DNA of 64,000 nucleotides from Eledone cirrhosa (Eukaryota). This document shows, piece by piece, positions 26,501-38,100 of this stretch. Under the pieces are notes generated by a model, which was not told the origin of the DNA, searched no databases, and worked only from the letters and a program-made list of their open reading frames with translations. A program made the translations under genes and the position numbers. The stretch lies in the NCBI GenBank assembly GCA_964016885.1, contig OZ024740.1, positions 251,782,001 to 251,846,000 of the forward strand, written 5' to 3'. Numbering within the stretch: position 1 is the stretch's first letter; every line of letters starts with the position of its first letter.

Positions 26501-29500
26501 TGGCCGGCTTGAAATTATCTCCCCTTGGCCGGCTGGATATTATCTCCCCTCGGCCGGCTGGAAATTATCTCCCCTTGGCCGTCTGGAATTTATCTCCCCT
26601 TGGCCGGCTGGATATTATCTCCCCTTGGCCGGCTTGAAATTATCTCCCCTTGGCCGGCGGGATATTATCTCCCCTTGGCCGGCTGGATATTATCTCCCCT
26701 TGGCCGACTGGAAATTATCTCCGCTTGGGCGGCGGGATATTATCTCCCCTTGGCCGGCTGGATATTATCTCCCCTTGGCCGGCTGGAAATTATCTCGCCT
26801 TGGCCGACTGGAATTTAGCTCCCCTTGGCCGGCTGGAAATATACTCCCCTTGGCCGGCTGGAAATATATTCCCCTTGGCCGGCTGGAAATTATCTCCTCT
26901 TGGCCGGCTGGATATTATCTCCCCTTGGCCGGCTGGATATTATCTCCCCTCGGCCGGCTGGAAATTATCTCCCCTTGGCCGGCTGGAATTTATCTCCCCT
27001 TGGCCGGCTGGATTTTATACCCCGTTGGCCGGCTGGAAATAATCTCCCCTTGCCCGGCTCGAAAATATCTCCCCTAAATTAAATTAAATTAAATTAAATC
27101 CAATTAATTAAATTAATTAATTAATTATATTTTTTTTATTTTATTTTTTTTTATTTTTTTTTATTAATTACGTTATTAATTAATTAATTAATTATGTAAA
27201 TTGATTTTATTTCAATTTAATGTTATTTAATTTAATTTAATTTAATTTAATTTAATTTAATTTACTTTAAATCAATTTAATTTAATCTAATTTAATTTAA
27301 GTTAATTTTATTTTATTTTATTTCAAAAACGAAACGAAACCCGTCTACCTAAAAAAACAAACGAAAAGAAACCGGGGAACCTAAAAAATCGAACGAAACG
27401 AAATTATCTCCCCTTGGCCTGCTGGAAATTATCTTCCCTTGGTCGGCTTGATATTATCTCCCCTTGGCAGGCTGGAAATTATCTCCCCTTGGCCGACTGG
27501 AAATTATCTCTCCTTGGGCGGCGGGATATTATCTCCCCTTGGCCGGCTGGAAGTTATCTCCCCTTGGCCAGCTGGAAATTATCTCGCCTTGGCCGGCTGG
27601 AATTTAGCTCTCCTTGGCCGGCTGGAAATATACTCCCCTTGGCCGGCTGGAAATATACTCCCCTTGGCCGGCTGGAAATTATCTCCTCTTGGCCGGCTGG
27701 ATATTATCTCCCCTTGGCTGCTGGATATTATCTCCCCTTGGCCAGCTGGAAATTATCTCCACTTGGCCGGCTGCAAATTATCTCCTCTTGGCCAGCTGGA
27801 AATTATCTCCCCTAAATTAAATTAAATTAAATCAAATTAATTAAATTAATTAATTAATTGATTATATTTTTTTTATTTTATTTATTTTAATTTTTTTTTT
27901 AATTACGTTATTAATTAATTAATTAATTATGTAAATTGATTTTATTTTAATTTAATGTAATTTAATTTAATTTAATTTACTTTAATTCAATTTAATTTAA
28001 TTTTATTTAATTTTATTTTATTTTATTTTATTTAAAAAACGAAACGAAACCGGGGCACCTAAAAAAACAAACGAAAAGAAACCGGGGAACCTAAAAAATC
28101 GAACGAAATGAAATTATCTCCCCTTGGCTTGCTGGAAATTATCTCAACTCGACCGGCTGGATACTATCTCCCCTTGGCCGGCTGGAAATTATCTCCCCTT
28201 AGCCGGCTGGAAATTATCTCCCATTGGCCGGCTGGATATTATCTCCCCTTGGCCGGCTGGATGTTATCTCCCCTTGGCCAGCTAGAAATTATCTCCAGTT
28301 GGCCGGCTGGAAATTATCTTCTCTTGGCCGGCTGGAAATTATCTCCCTTTGGCCGGCTGCATATTATCTCCCCTTGGCCGGCTGGATATGATCTCCCCTT
28401 GGCCGGCTGGAAATTATCTCCCCTTGGCAGGTTGGAAATTATCTCCCTTTGGCCGGCTGAAAATTATCTCCCTTTGGCCGGCTGGATACTATCTCCCCTT
28501 GGTCAGCTAGAAATTATCTCCCCTTGGCCGGCTGGATACTATCTCCCCTTGGCCAGCTGGAAATTATCTCCACTTGGCCGGCTGGAAATTATCTCCTCTT
28601 CGCCGGCTGGAAATTATCTCGCCTTGGCCGGCTGGAAATTATCTCCTCTAAATTCAATTAAATTAAATTAAATTAAATTAAATTAAATCAAATTAATTAA
28701 ATTAATTAATTAATTAATTTTATTTTTTTTATTCTAATTATTTTTATTTTTTTTATTAATTACGTTATTAATTAATTAATTAATTATGTTAATTGATTTT
28801 ATTTCAATCCAATGTAATTTAATTTAATTTAATTTAATATAATTTAATTTAATTTAATTTTATTTTATTTTATTTAAAAAACGAAACGAAACCGGGGTAC
28901 CAAAAAAACGAACGAAAAGAAACCGGGGAACCTAAAAAATCGAACGAAATGAAATTATCTCCCCTTGGCTTGCTGGAAATTATCTCAACTCGGCCGGCTG
29001 GATACTATCTCCCCTTGGCCGGCTGGAAATTATCTCCCCTTAGCCGGCTGGAAATTATCTCCCCTTGGCCGGCTGGATAATATCTCCCCTTGGCCGGCTG
29101 GAAATTATGTTCTCTTGGCCGGCTGGAAATTATCTCCTCTTGGCCGGCTGGAAATTATCTCCCCTTGGCCGGCTGGATATTATCTGGCCTTGGCCGGCTG
29201 GATGTTATCTCCCCTTGGTCAGCTAGAAATTATCTCCCTTTGGCCGGCTGGATATTATCTCCCCTTGGTCGGCTGGATATGATCTCCCCTTGGCCGGCTG
29301 GAAATTATCTCCCCTTGGCCGTTGGAAATTATCTCCCCTTGGCCGGCTGGAAATTATCTCCCCTTGGCCGGCTGGAAATTATCGCCCCTTGGCCGGCTGG
29401 ATGTTATGTCCCCTTGGCCGGCTGGATATTATCTCCCCTTGGCCGGCAGGAAATTATATCCCCTTGGCCGGCTGGAAATAATCTTCCCTTGGCCGGCCGG

Positions 29501-31450
29501 AAATTATCTCCCTTTGGCCGGCTGGATATTATCTCCCCTTGGCCGGCTTGAAATTATCTCCCCTTGGCCGGCTGGATATTATCTCCCCTCGGCCGGCTGG
29601 AAATTATCTCCCCTTGGCCGTCTGGAATTTATCTCCCCTTGGCCGGCTGGATATTATCTCCCCTTGGCCGGCTTGAAATTATCTCCCCTTGGCCGGCGGG
29701 ATATTATCTCCCCTTGGCCGGCTGGATATTATCTCCCCTTGGCCGACTGGAAATTATCTCCGCTTGGGCGGCGGGATATTATCTCCCCTTGGCCGGCTGG
29801 ATATTATCTCCCCTTGGCCGGCTGGAAATTATCTCGCCTTGGCCGACTGGAATTTAGCTCCCCTTGGCCGGCTGGAAATATACTCCCCTTGGCCGGCTGG
29901 AAATATATTCCCCTTGGCCGGCTGGAAATTATCTCCTCTTGGCCGGCTGGATATTATCTCCCCTTGGCCGGCTGGATATTATCTCCCCTCGGCCGGCTGG
30001 AAATTATCTCCCCTTGGCCGGCTGGAATTTATCTCCCCTTGGCCGGCTGGATTTTATACCCCGTTGGCCGGCTGGAAATAATCTCCCCTTGCCCGGCTCG
30101 AAAATATCTCCCCTAAATTAAATTAAATTAAATTAAATCCAATTAATTAAATTAATTAATTAATTATATTTTTTTTATTTTATTTTTTTTTATTTTTTTT
30201 TATTAATTACGTTATTAATTAATTAATTAATTATGTAAATTGATTTTATTTCAATTTAATGTTATTTAATTTAATTTAATTTAATTTAATTTAATTTAAT
30301 TTACTTTAAATCAATTTAATTTAAGTTAATTTTATTTTATTTTATTTCAAAAACGAAACGAAACCCGTGTACCTAAAAAAACAAACGAAAAGAAACCGGG
30401 GAACCTAAAAAATCGAACGAAACGAAATTATCTCCCCTTGGCCTGCTGGAAATTATCTTCCCTTGGTCGGCTTGATATTATCTCCCCTTGGCAGGCTGGA
30501 AATTATCTCCCCTTGGCCGACTGGAAATTATCTCTCCTTGGGCGGCGGGATATTATCTCCCCTTGGCCGGCTGGAAGTTATCTCCCCTTGGCCAGCTGGA
30601 AATTATCTCGCCTTGGCCGGCTGGAATTTAGCTCTCCTTGGCCGGCTGGAAATATACTCCCCTTGGCCGGCTGGAAATATACTCCCCTTGGCCGGCTGGA
30701 AATTATCTCCTCTTGGCCGGCTGGATATTATCTCCCCTTGGCTGCTGGATATTATCTCCCCTTGGCCAGCTGGAAATTATCTCCACTTGGCCGGCTGCAA
30801 ATTATCTCCTTTTGGCCAGCTGGAAATTATCTCCCCTAAATTAAATTAAATTAAATCAAATTAATTAAATTAATTAATTAATTGATTATATTTTTTTTAT
30901 TTTATTTATTTTAATTTTTTTTTTAATTACGTTATTAATTAATTAATTAATTATGTAAATTGATTTTATTTTAATTTAATGTAATTTAATTTAATTTAAT
31001 TTACTTTAATTCAATTTAATTTAATTTTATTTAATTTTATTTTATTTTATTTAAAAAACGAAACGAAACCGGGGCACCTAAAAAAACAAACGAAAAGAAA
31101 CCGGGGAACCTAAAAAATCGAACGAAATGAAATTATCTCCCCTTGGCTTGCTGGAAATTATCTCAACTCGACCGGCTGGATACTATCTCCCCTTGGCCGG
31201 CTGGAAATTATCTCCCCTTAGCCGGCTGGAAATTATCTCCCATTGGCCGGCTGGATATTATCTCCCCTTGGCCGGCTGGATGTTATCTCCCCTTGGCCAG
31301 CTAGAAATTATCTCCACTTGGCCGGCTGGAAATTATCTTCTCTTGGCCGGCTGGAAATTATCTCCCTTTGGCCGGCTGCATATTATCTCCCCTTGGCCGG
31401 CTGGATATGATCTCCCCTTGGCCGGCTGGAAATTATCTCCCCTTGGCAGG
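23600..31450 (+). repeat. ~3,019-3,039-bp higher-order repeat (3 composite units), about 2.5 copies
   Basis: Offsets: 25069/28108, 25926/28965 and 26283/29322 = 3,039; 24380/27414 = 3,034; 27414/30438 = 3,024; 28108/31127 = 3,019. The differences are multiples of 5 bp, matching pentamer copy number in the spacers. Boundaries are approximate. Confidence 0.88.
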
Positions 31451-32140
31451 TTGGAAATTATCTCCCCTTGGCCGGCTGGAAATTATCTCCCCTTGGCCGG
31501 CTGGAAATAATCTCCCCTTGGCCGGCCGGAAATTATCTTCCTTTGGCCGGCTGGATATTATCTCCGCTTGGCCGGCTGGAAATTATCTCCCCTTGGCCAG
31601 CTGGATATTATCTCCCCTCGGCCGGCTGGAAATTATCTCCCCTTGGCCGGCTGGAATTTATCTCCCCTTGGCCGGCTGGAATTTATATCCCCTTGCCCGG
31701 CTCGAAAATATCTCCCCTAATTAAAATTAAATTAAATTAAATTAAATCAAATAAATTAAATTAATTAATTAATTAATTATATTTTTTTTATTTTATTTAT
31801 TTTTATTTTTTTTTATTAATTACGTTATTAATTAATTAATTAATTATGTAAATTGATTTCATTTCAATTTAATGTAATTTAATTTAATTTAATTTACTTT
31901 AATTCAATTCAATTTAATTTAATTTAATTTAATTTAATTTTATTTAAAAAACGAAACGAAACCGGGGTACCTAAAAAAACAAACGAAAAGAAACCGGGGA
32001 ACCTAAAAAATCGAACGAAATGAAATTATCTCCCCTTGGCTTGCTGGAAATTATCTCAACTCGACCGGCTGGATACTATCTCCCCTTGGCCGGCTGGAAA
32101 TTATCTCCCCTTAGCCGGCTGGAAATTATCTCCCATTGGC

Positions 32141-35100
32141 CGGCTGGAAATTATCTGCCCTTGATTTTCTTTTTACAAATTATCTTCCACTGATTTTTTT
32201 TACAAATTATCTCCACCTGATTTTTTAAAAAATTATCTCCCCTTGGAAGGCTGGAAATTATCTCCCCTTGGACGGCTAGAAATTATCTCTCTTTGGAAGG
32301 CTGGAAATTATCTCCCCTTGATTTTTTTTACAAATTATCTCCCCCTGATTTTTTTTACAAATATCCCAGTGATTTTTTTAAAAAAATTATCTCCCCTTCG
32401 CTGGCTGGAAATTATCTCCCCTTGGACGCTGGAAATTATAGCCCCTTGGAGGGCTGGAAATTATCTTCCCTTGGACGGCTGGAAATTATCTCCCCTTGAT
32501 TTTTTTTACAAATTATCTCCCCCTGATTTTTTTTTACAAATTATCTCCCCCTGATTTTTTTTTACAACTTATCTCCGCCTGATTTTTTTAAAAAAATCAT
32601 CTCCCCTTGGACGGCTGGAAATTATCTCCCCTGGGACGGCTGGAAATTATCTCTCCTTGGACGGCTAGAAATTACCTCTCCTTGGACAATTGAAAATTAT
32701 CTCCCCTTGGACGGCTGGAAATTATCTCCCCTTGATTTTTTTTACAAATTATCTCCCCCTGATTTTTTTTACAAATTATCTCCCCTGATTTTTTTTTACA
32801 AATTATCTCCCCCTGATTTTTTTTTACAAATTATCTCCCCCTGATTTTTTTTACAAATTATCTCCCCCTGATTTTTTTACAAATTATCTCCCCTTGGCTG
32901 GCTGGAAATTATCTCCCCTTGGAGGCAGGAATTTATCTCCCCTTGGACGGCTAGAAATTACCTCTCCTTGGACGGCTGGAAAATATGGTTCCTTGGACGG
33001 CTGGAAATTATCTCCCCTTGGACGGCTGGAAATTATCTCCCCTTGGACGGCTGGAAATTATCTCCCCTTGGACGGCTAGAAATTACCTCTCCTTGGCTGG
33101 CGGGAAATTATCTCCCCTTGGACGGCTGCAAATTATCTCCGCTTGATTTTTTTTACAAATTATCTCCCCCTGATTTTTTTTTACAAATTATCTCCCCCTG
33201 ATTTTTTTTACAAATTATCTCCCCTGATTTTTTTTTACAAATTATCTCCCCCTGATTTTTTTTTTACAAATTATCTCCCCCTGATTTTTTTACAAATTAT
33301 CTCCCCCTGATTTTTTTTACAATCTCCGCCTGATTTTTTTAAAAATTATCTTTCCTTGGCTGGCGGGAAATTATCTCCCCTTGGACGGCTGGAAATTATC
33401 TCCCCTTGGAAGGATGGAAATTATCTCCCCTTGGACGGCTGGAAATTATCTCCCCTTGCACGGCTGGAAATTATCTCCCCTTGGCTGGAAATTATCTCCC
33501 CTTGGACGGCTAGAAATTATCTCTCTTTGGATGGCTGGAAATTATCTCCCTTTGATTTTTTTTACAAATTATCTCCCTCTGATTTTTTTTACAAATCTCC
33601 CCCTGATTTTTTTTTACAAATTATCTCCCCCTGATTTTTTTTACAAACTATCTCCCCCTGATTTTTTTACAAATTATCTCCCCTTGGCTGGCTGGAAATT
33701 ATCTCCCCTTGGAGGCTGGAATTTATCTCCCCTTGGACGGCTAGAAATTACCTCTCCTTGGACGGCTGGAAAATATGTCTCCTTGGACGGCTGGAAATTA
33801 TCTCCCCTTGGACGGCTGGAAATTACCTCTCCTTGGACGGCTGAAAATTATCTCCCCTTGGACGGCTGGAAATTATCTCCCCTTGATTTTTTTACAAATT
33901 ATCTCCCCCTGATTTTTTTTTTACAAATTATCTCCCCCTGATTTTTTTTACAAATTATCTACGCCTGATTTTTTTAAATATTATCTCTCCTTGGCTGGCG
34001 GGAAATTATCTCCCCTTGGAAGGATGGAAATTATCTCCCCTTGGACGGCTGGAAATTATCTCCCCTTGCACTGCTGGAAATTATCTCCCCTTGGACGGCT
34101 GGAAATTATCTGCCCTTGATTTTGTTTTTACAAATTATCTTCCCCTGATTATTTTTACAAATTATCTCCACCTGATTTTTTAAAAAATTATCTCCCCTTG
34201 GACGGCTGGAAATTATCTCCCCTTGGCTGGAAATTATCTCCCCTTGGACGGCTAGAAATTATCTCTCTTTGGACGGCTGGAAATTATCTCCCCTTGATTT
34301 TTTTTACAAATTATCTCCCCCTGATTTTTTTTACAAATTATCCCCCCATGATTTTTTAAAAAAAAATTATCTCCCCCTCGCTGGCTGGAAATTATCTCCC
34401 CTTGGACGCTGGAAATTATAGCCCCTTGGAGGGCTGGAAATTATCTTCCCTTGGACGGCTGGAAATTATCTCCCCTTGATTTTTTTTACAAATTATCTCC
34501 CCCTGATTTTTTTTTACAAATTATCTCCCCCTAATTTTTTAAAAAAAATTATCTCCCCTTGGACGGCTGGAAATTATCTCCCCTTGGACGGCTGGAAATT
34601 ATCTCCCCTTGGACGGCTAGAAATTACCTCTCCTTGGACGGCTGAAAATTATCTCCCCTTGGACGGCTGCAAATTATCTCCCCTTGATTTTTTTTACAAA
34701 TTATCCCCCCATGATTTTTAAAAAAAAAATTATCTCCCCTTCGCTGGCTGGAAATTATCTCCCCTTGGACGCTGGAAATTATAGCCCCTTGGAGGGCTGG
34801 AAATTATCTTCCCTTCGACGGCTGGAAATTATCTCACCTTGATTTTTTTTACAAATTATCTCCCCCTGATTTTTTTTTACAAATTATCTCCCACTGATTT
34901 TTTTTTACAAATTATCTCCCCCTGATTTTTTTTTTACAAATTATCTCCGCCTGATTTTTTAAAAAAAATTATCTCCCCTTGGACGGCTGGAAATTATCTC
35001 CCCTTGGACGGCTGGAAATTATCTCCCCTTGGACGGCTAGAAATTACCTCTCCTTGGACGGCTGAAAATTATCTCCCCTTGGACGGCTGCAAATTATCTC

Positions 35101-38100
35101 CCCCTGATTTTTTTTACAAATTATCTCCCCCTGATTTTTTTTACAAATTATCTCCCCCTGATTTTTTTTTACAAATTATCTCCCCCTGATTTTTTTTTAC
35201 AAATTATCTCCCCCTGATTTTTTTTACAAATTATCTCCCCCTGATTTTTTTTACAATCTCCGCCTGATTTTTTAAAAAATTATCTCCCCTTGGACGGCTG
35301 GAAATTATCTCCCCTTGGACGGCTGGAAATTATCTCCCCTTGGACGGCTAGAAATTATCTCTCTTTGGACGGCTGGAAATTATCTCCCCTTGATTTTTTT
35401 TACAAATTATCTCCCCCTGATTTTTTTTACAAATTATCCCCGCATGATTTTTAAAAAAAAAATTATCTCCCCTTCGCTGGCTGGAAATTATCTCCCCTTG
35501 GACGCTGGAAATTATAGCCCCTTGGAGGGCTGGAAATTATCTTCCCTTGGACGGCTGGAAATTATCTCCCCTTGATTTTTTTTACAAATTATCTCCCCCT
35601 GATTTTTTTTTACAAATTATCTCCCCCTGATTTTTTTTTACAAATTATCTCCTCCTGATTTTTTTTTTTACAAATTATCTCCGCCTGATTTAAAAAAAAA
35701 AATTATCTCCCCTTGGACGGCTGGAAATTATCTCCCCTTGGACGGCTGGAAATTATCTCCCCTTGGACGGCTAGAAATTACCTCTCCTTGGACGGCTGAA
35801 AATTATCTCCCATTGGACGGCTGCAAATTATCTCCCCTTGATTTTTTTTACAAATTATCTCCCCCTGATTTTTTTTACAAATTATCTCCCCCTGATTTTT
35901 TTTACAAATTATCTCCCCCTGATTTTTTTTTACAAATTATCTCCCCCTGATTTTTTTTTACAAATTATCTCCCCCTGATTTTTTTTACAAATTATCTCCC
36001 CCTGATTTTTTTTACAAATTATCTCCCCCTGATTTTTTTTTACAAATTATCTCCCCTTGATTTTTTTTTACAAATTATCTCCCCCTGATTTTTTTTTTAC
36101 AAATTATCTCCCCCTGATTTTTTTACAAATTATCTCCCCCTGATTTTTTTTACAAATTATCTCCCCCTGATTTTTTTTACAAATTATGTCCCCTTGATTT
36201 TTTTTTACAAATTATCTCCCCCTGATTTTTTTTTTACAAATTATCTCCCCCTGATTTTTTTTAAAATTATCTTCCCTTGGCTGGCGGGAAATTATCTCCC
36301 CTTGGACGGCTGGAAATTATCTCCCCTTGGAAGGATGTAAATTATCTCCCCTTGGACGGCTGGAAATTATCTCCCCTTGCACGGCTGGAAATTATCTCCC
36401 CTTGATTTTTTTTACAAATTATCTCCCCCTGATTTTTTTTTACAAATTATCTCCCCCTGATTTTTTTTTACAAATTATCTCCCCCTGATTTTTTTTACAA
36501 ATTATCTCCCCCTGATTTTAAAAAAAAAAATTATCTCCTCTTCGCTGGCTGGAAATTATCTCCCCTTGGACGCTGGAAATTATAGCCCCTTGGAGGGCTG
36601 GAAATTATCTTCCCTTGGACGGCTGGAAATTATCTTCCCTTGGACGGCTGGAAATTATCTCCCCTTGATTTTTTTTACAAATTATCTCCCCCTGATTTTT
36701 TTTTACAAATTATCTCCCCCTGATTTTTTTTTACAAATTATCTCCCCCTGATTTTTTTTTTACAAATTATCTCCGCTTGATTTTTAAAAAAAAATTATCT
36801 CCCCTTGGACGGCTGGAAATTATCTCCCCTTGGACGGCTGGAAATTATCTCCCCTTGGACGGCTAGAAATTATCTCTCCTTGGACGGCTGAAAATTATCT
36901 CCCCTTGGACGGCTGCAAATTATCTCCCCTTGATTTTTTTTACAAATTATCTCCCCCTGATTTTTTTTTACAAATTATCTCCCCCTCATTTTTTTTACAA
37001 ATTATCTACCCCTGATTTTTTTTACAAATTATCTCCCCCTGATTTTTTTTTACAAATTATCTCCCTCTGATTTTTTTTTACAAATTATCTCCCCCTGATT
37101 TTTTTTTTACAAATTATCTCCCCCTGATTTTTTTAAAAATTATCTCCCCCTGATTTTTTTACAATCTCCGCCTGATTTTTTAAAAATTATCTTGCCTTGG
37201 CTGGCGGGAAATTATCTCCCCTTGGACGGCTGGAAATTATCTCCCCTTGGAAGGATGGAAATTATCTCCCCTTGGACGGCTGGAAATTATCTCCCCTTGC
37301 ACGGCTGGAAATTATCTCCCCTTGGCTGGAAATTATCTCCCCTTGGACGGCTAGAAATTATCTCTCTTTGGACGGCTGGAAATTATGTCCCTTTGATTTT
37401 TTTTATAAATTATCTACCTCTGATATTTTTTACAAATCTCCCCCTGATTTTTTAAAAAAAATTATCTCCCCTTCGCTGGCTGGAAATTATCTCCCCTTGG
37501 ACACTGGAAATTATAGCCCCTTGGAGGGCTGGAAATTATCTTCCCTTGGACGGCTGGAAATTATCTCCCCTTGATTTTTTTTACAAATTATCTCCGCCTG
37601 ATTTTTTTTAAAAATTATCTCTCCTTGGACGGCTGGAAATTATCTCCCCTTGATTTTTTTTACAAATTATCTCCCCCTGATTTTTTTTTACAAATTATCT
37701 CCCCCTAATTTTTTTTTACAAATTATCTACCCCTGATTTTTTTTACAAATTATCTCCCCCTGATTTTTTTTACAAATTATCTCCCCCTGATTTTTCTTTT
37801 ACAAATTATCTCCCCCTGATTTTTTTACAAATTATCTCCCCCTGATTTTTTTTACAAATTATCTCCGCCTGATTTTTTTAAATATTATCTTCCCTTGGCT
37901 GGCGGGAAATTATCTCCCCTTGGACGGCTGGAAATTATCTGCCCTTGATTTTGTTTTTACAAATTATCTTCCACTGATTTTTTTTACAAATTATCTCCAC
38001 CTGATTTTTTAAAAAAATTATCTCCCCTTGGAAGGCTGGAAATTATCTCCCCTTGGACGGCTAGAAATTATCTCTCTTTGGACGGCTGGAAATTATCTCC

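Larger units (their letters stand above)
1..32140. repeat. Satellite domain 1: composite array of [AT-rich spacer + ~75-bp leader + 25-bp monomer array] units, about 39 units
   Basis: Monomer GAAATTATCTCCCCTTGGCCGGCTG read directly. Arrays start at about 135, 1187, 1833, 2685, 3141, 3769, 4615, 5223, 6067, 6697, 7807, 8545, 9136, 10469, 11179, 12020 ... 31129, 32022. Most are separated by ~200-330 bp of AT-rich spacer plus leader. Confidence 0.97.

Noticed and set aside
59-32140. CRISPR-like look (AT-rich leader, constant repeat, degenerate end)
   Set aside because: The repeat is only 13 bp, the linkers are 11-14 bp and near-identical instead of unique, and no cas genes are present.
135-32140. 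CpG-deamination signature (GGCCAGCT, GGCTGGCT variants) as evidence of methylation
   Set aside because: Non-CpG transitions (GGTCGG, CCGACT, TTAGCC) look comparably common by eye and counts are inflated by duplication. A unique-variant tally is needed.
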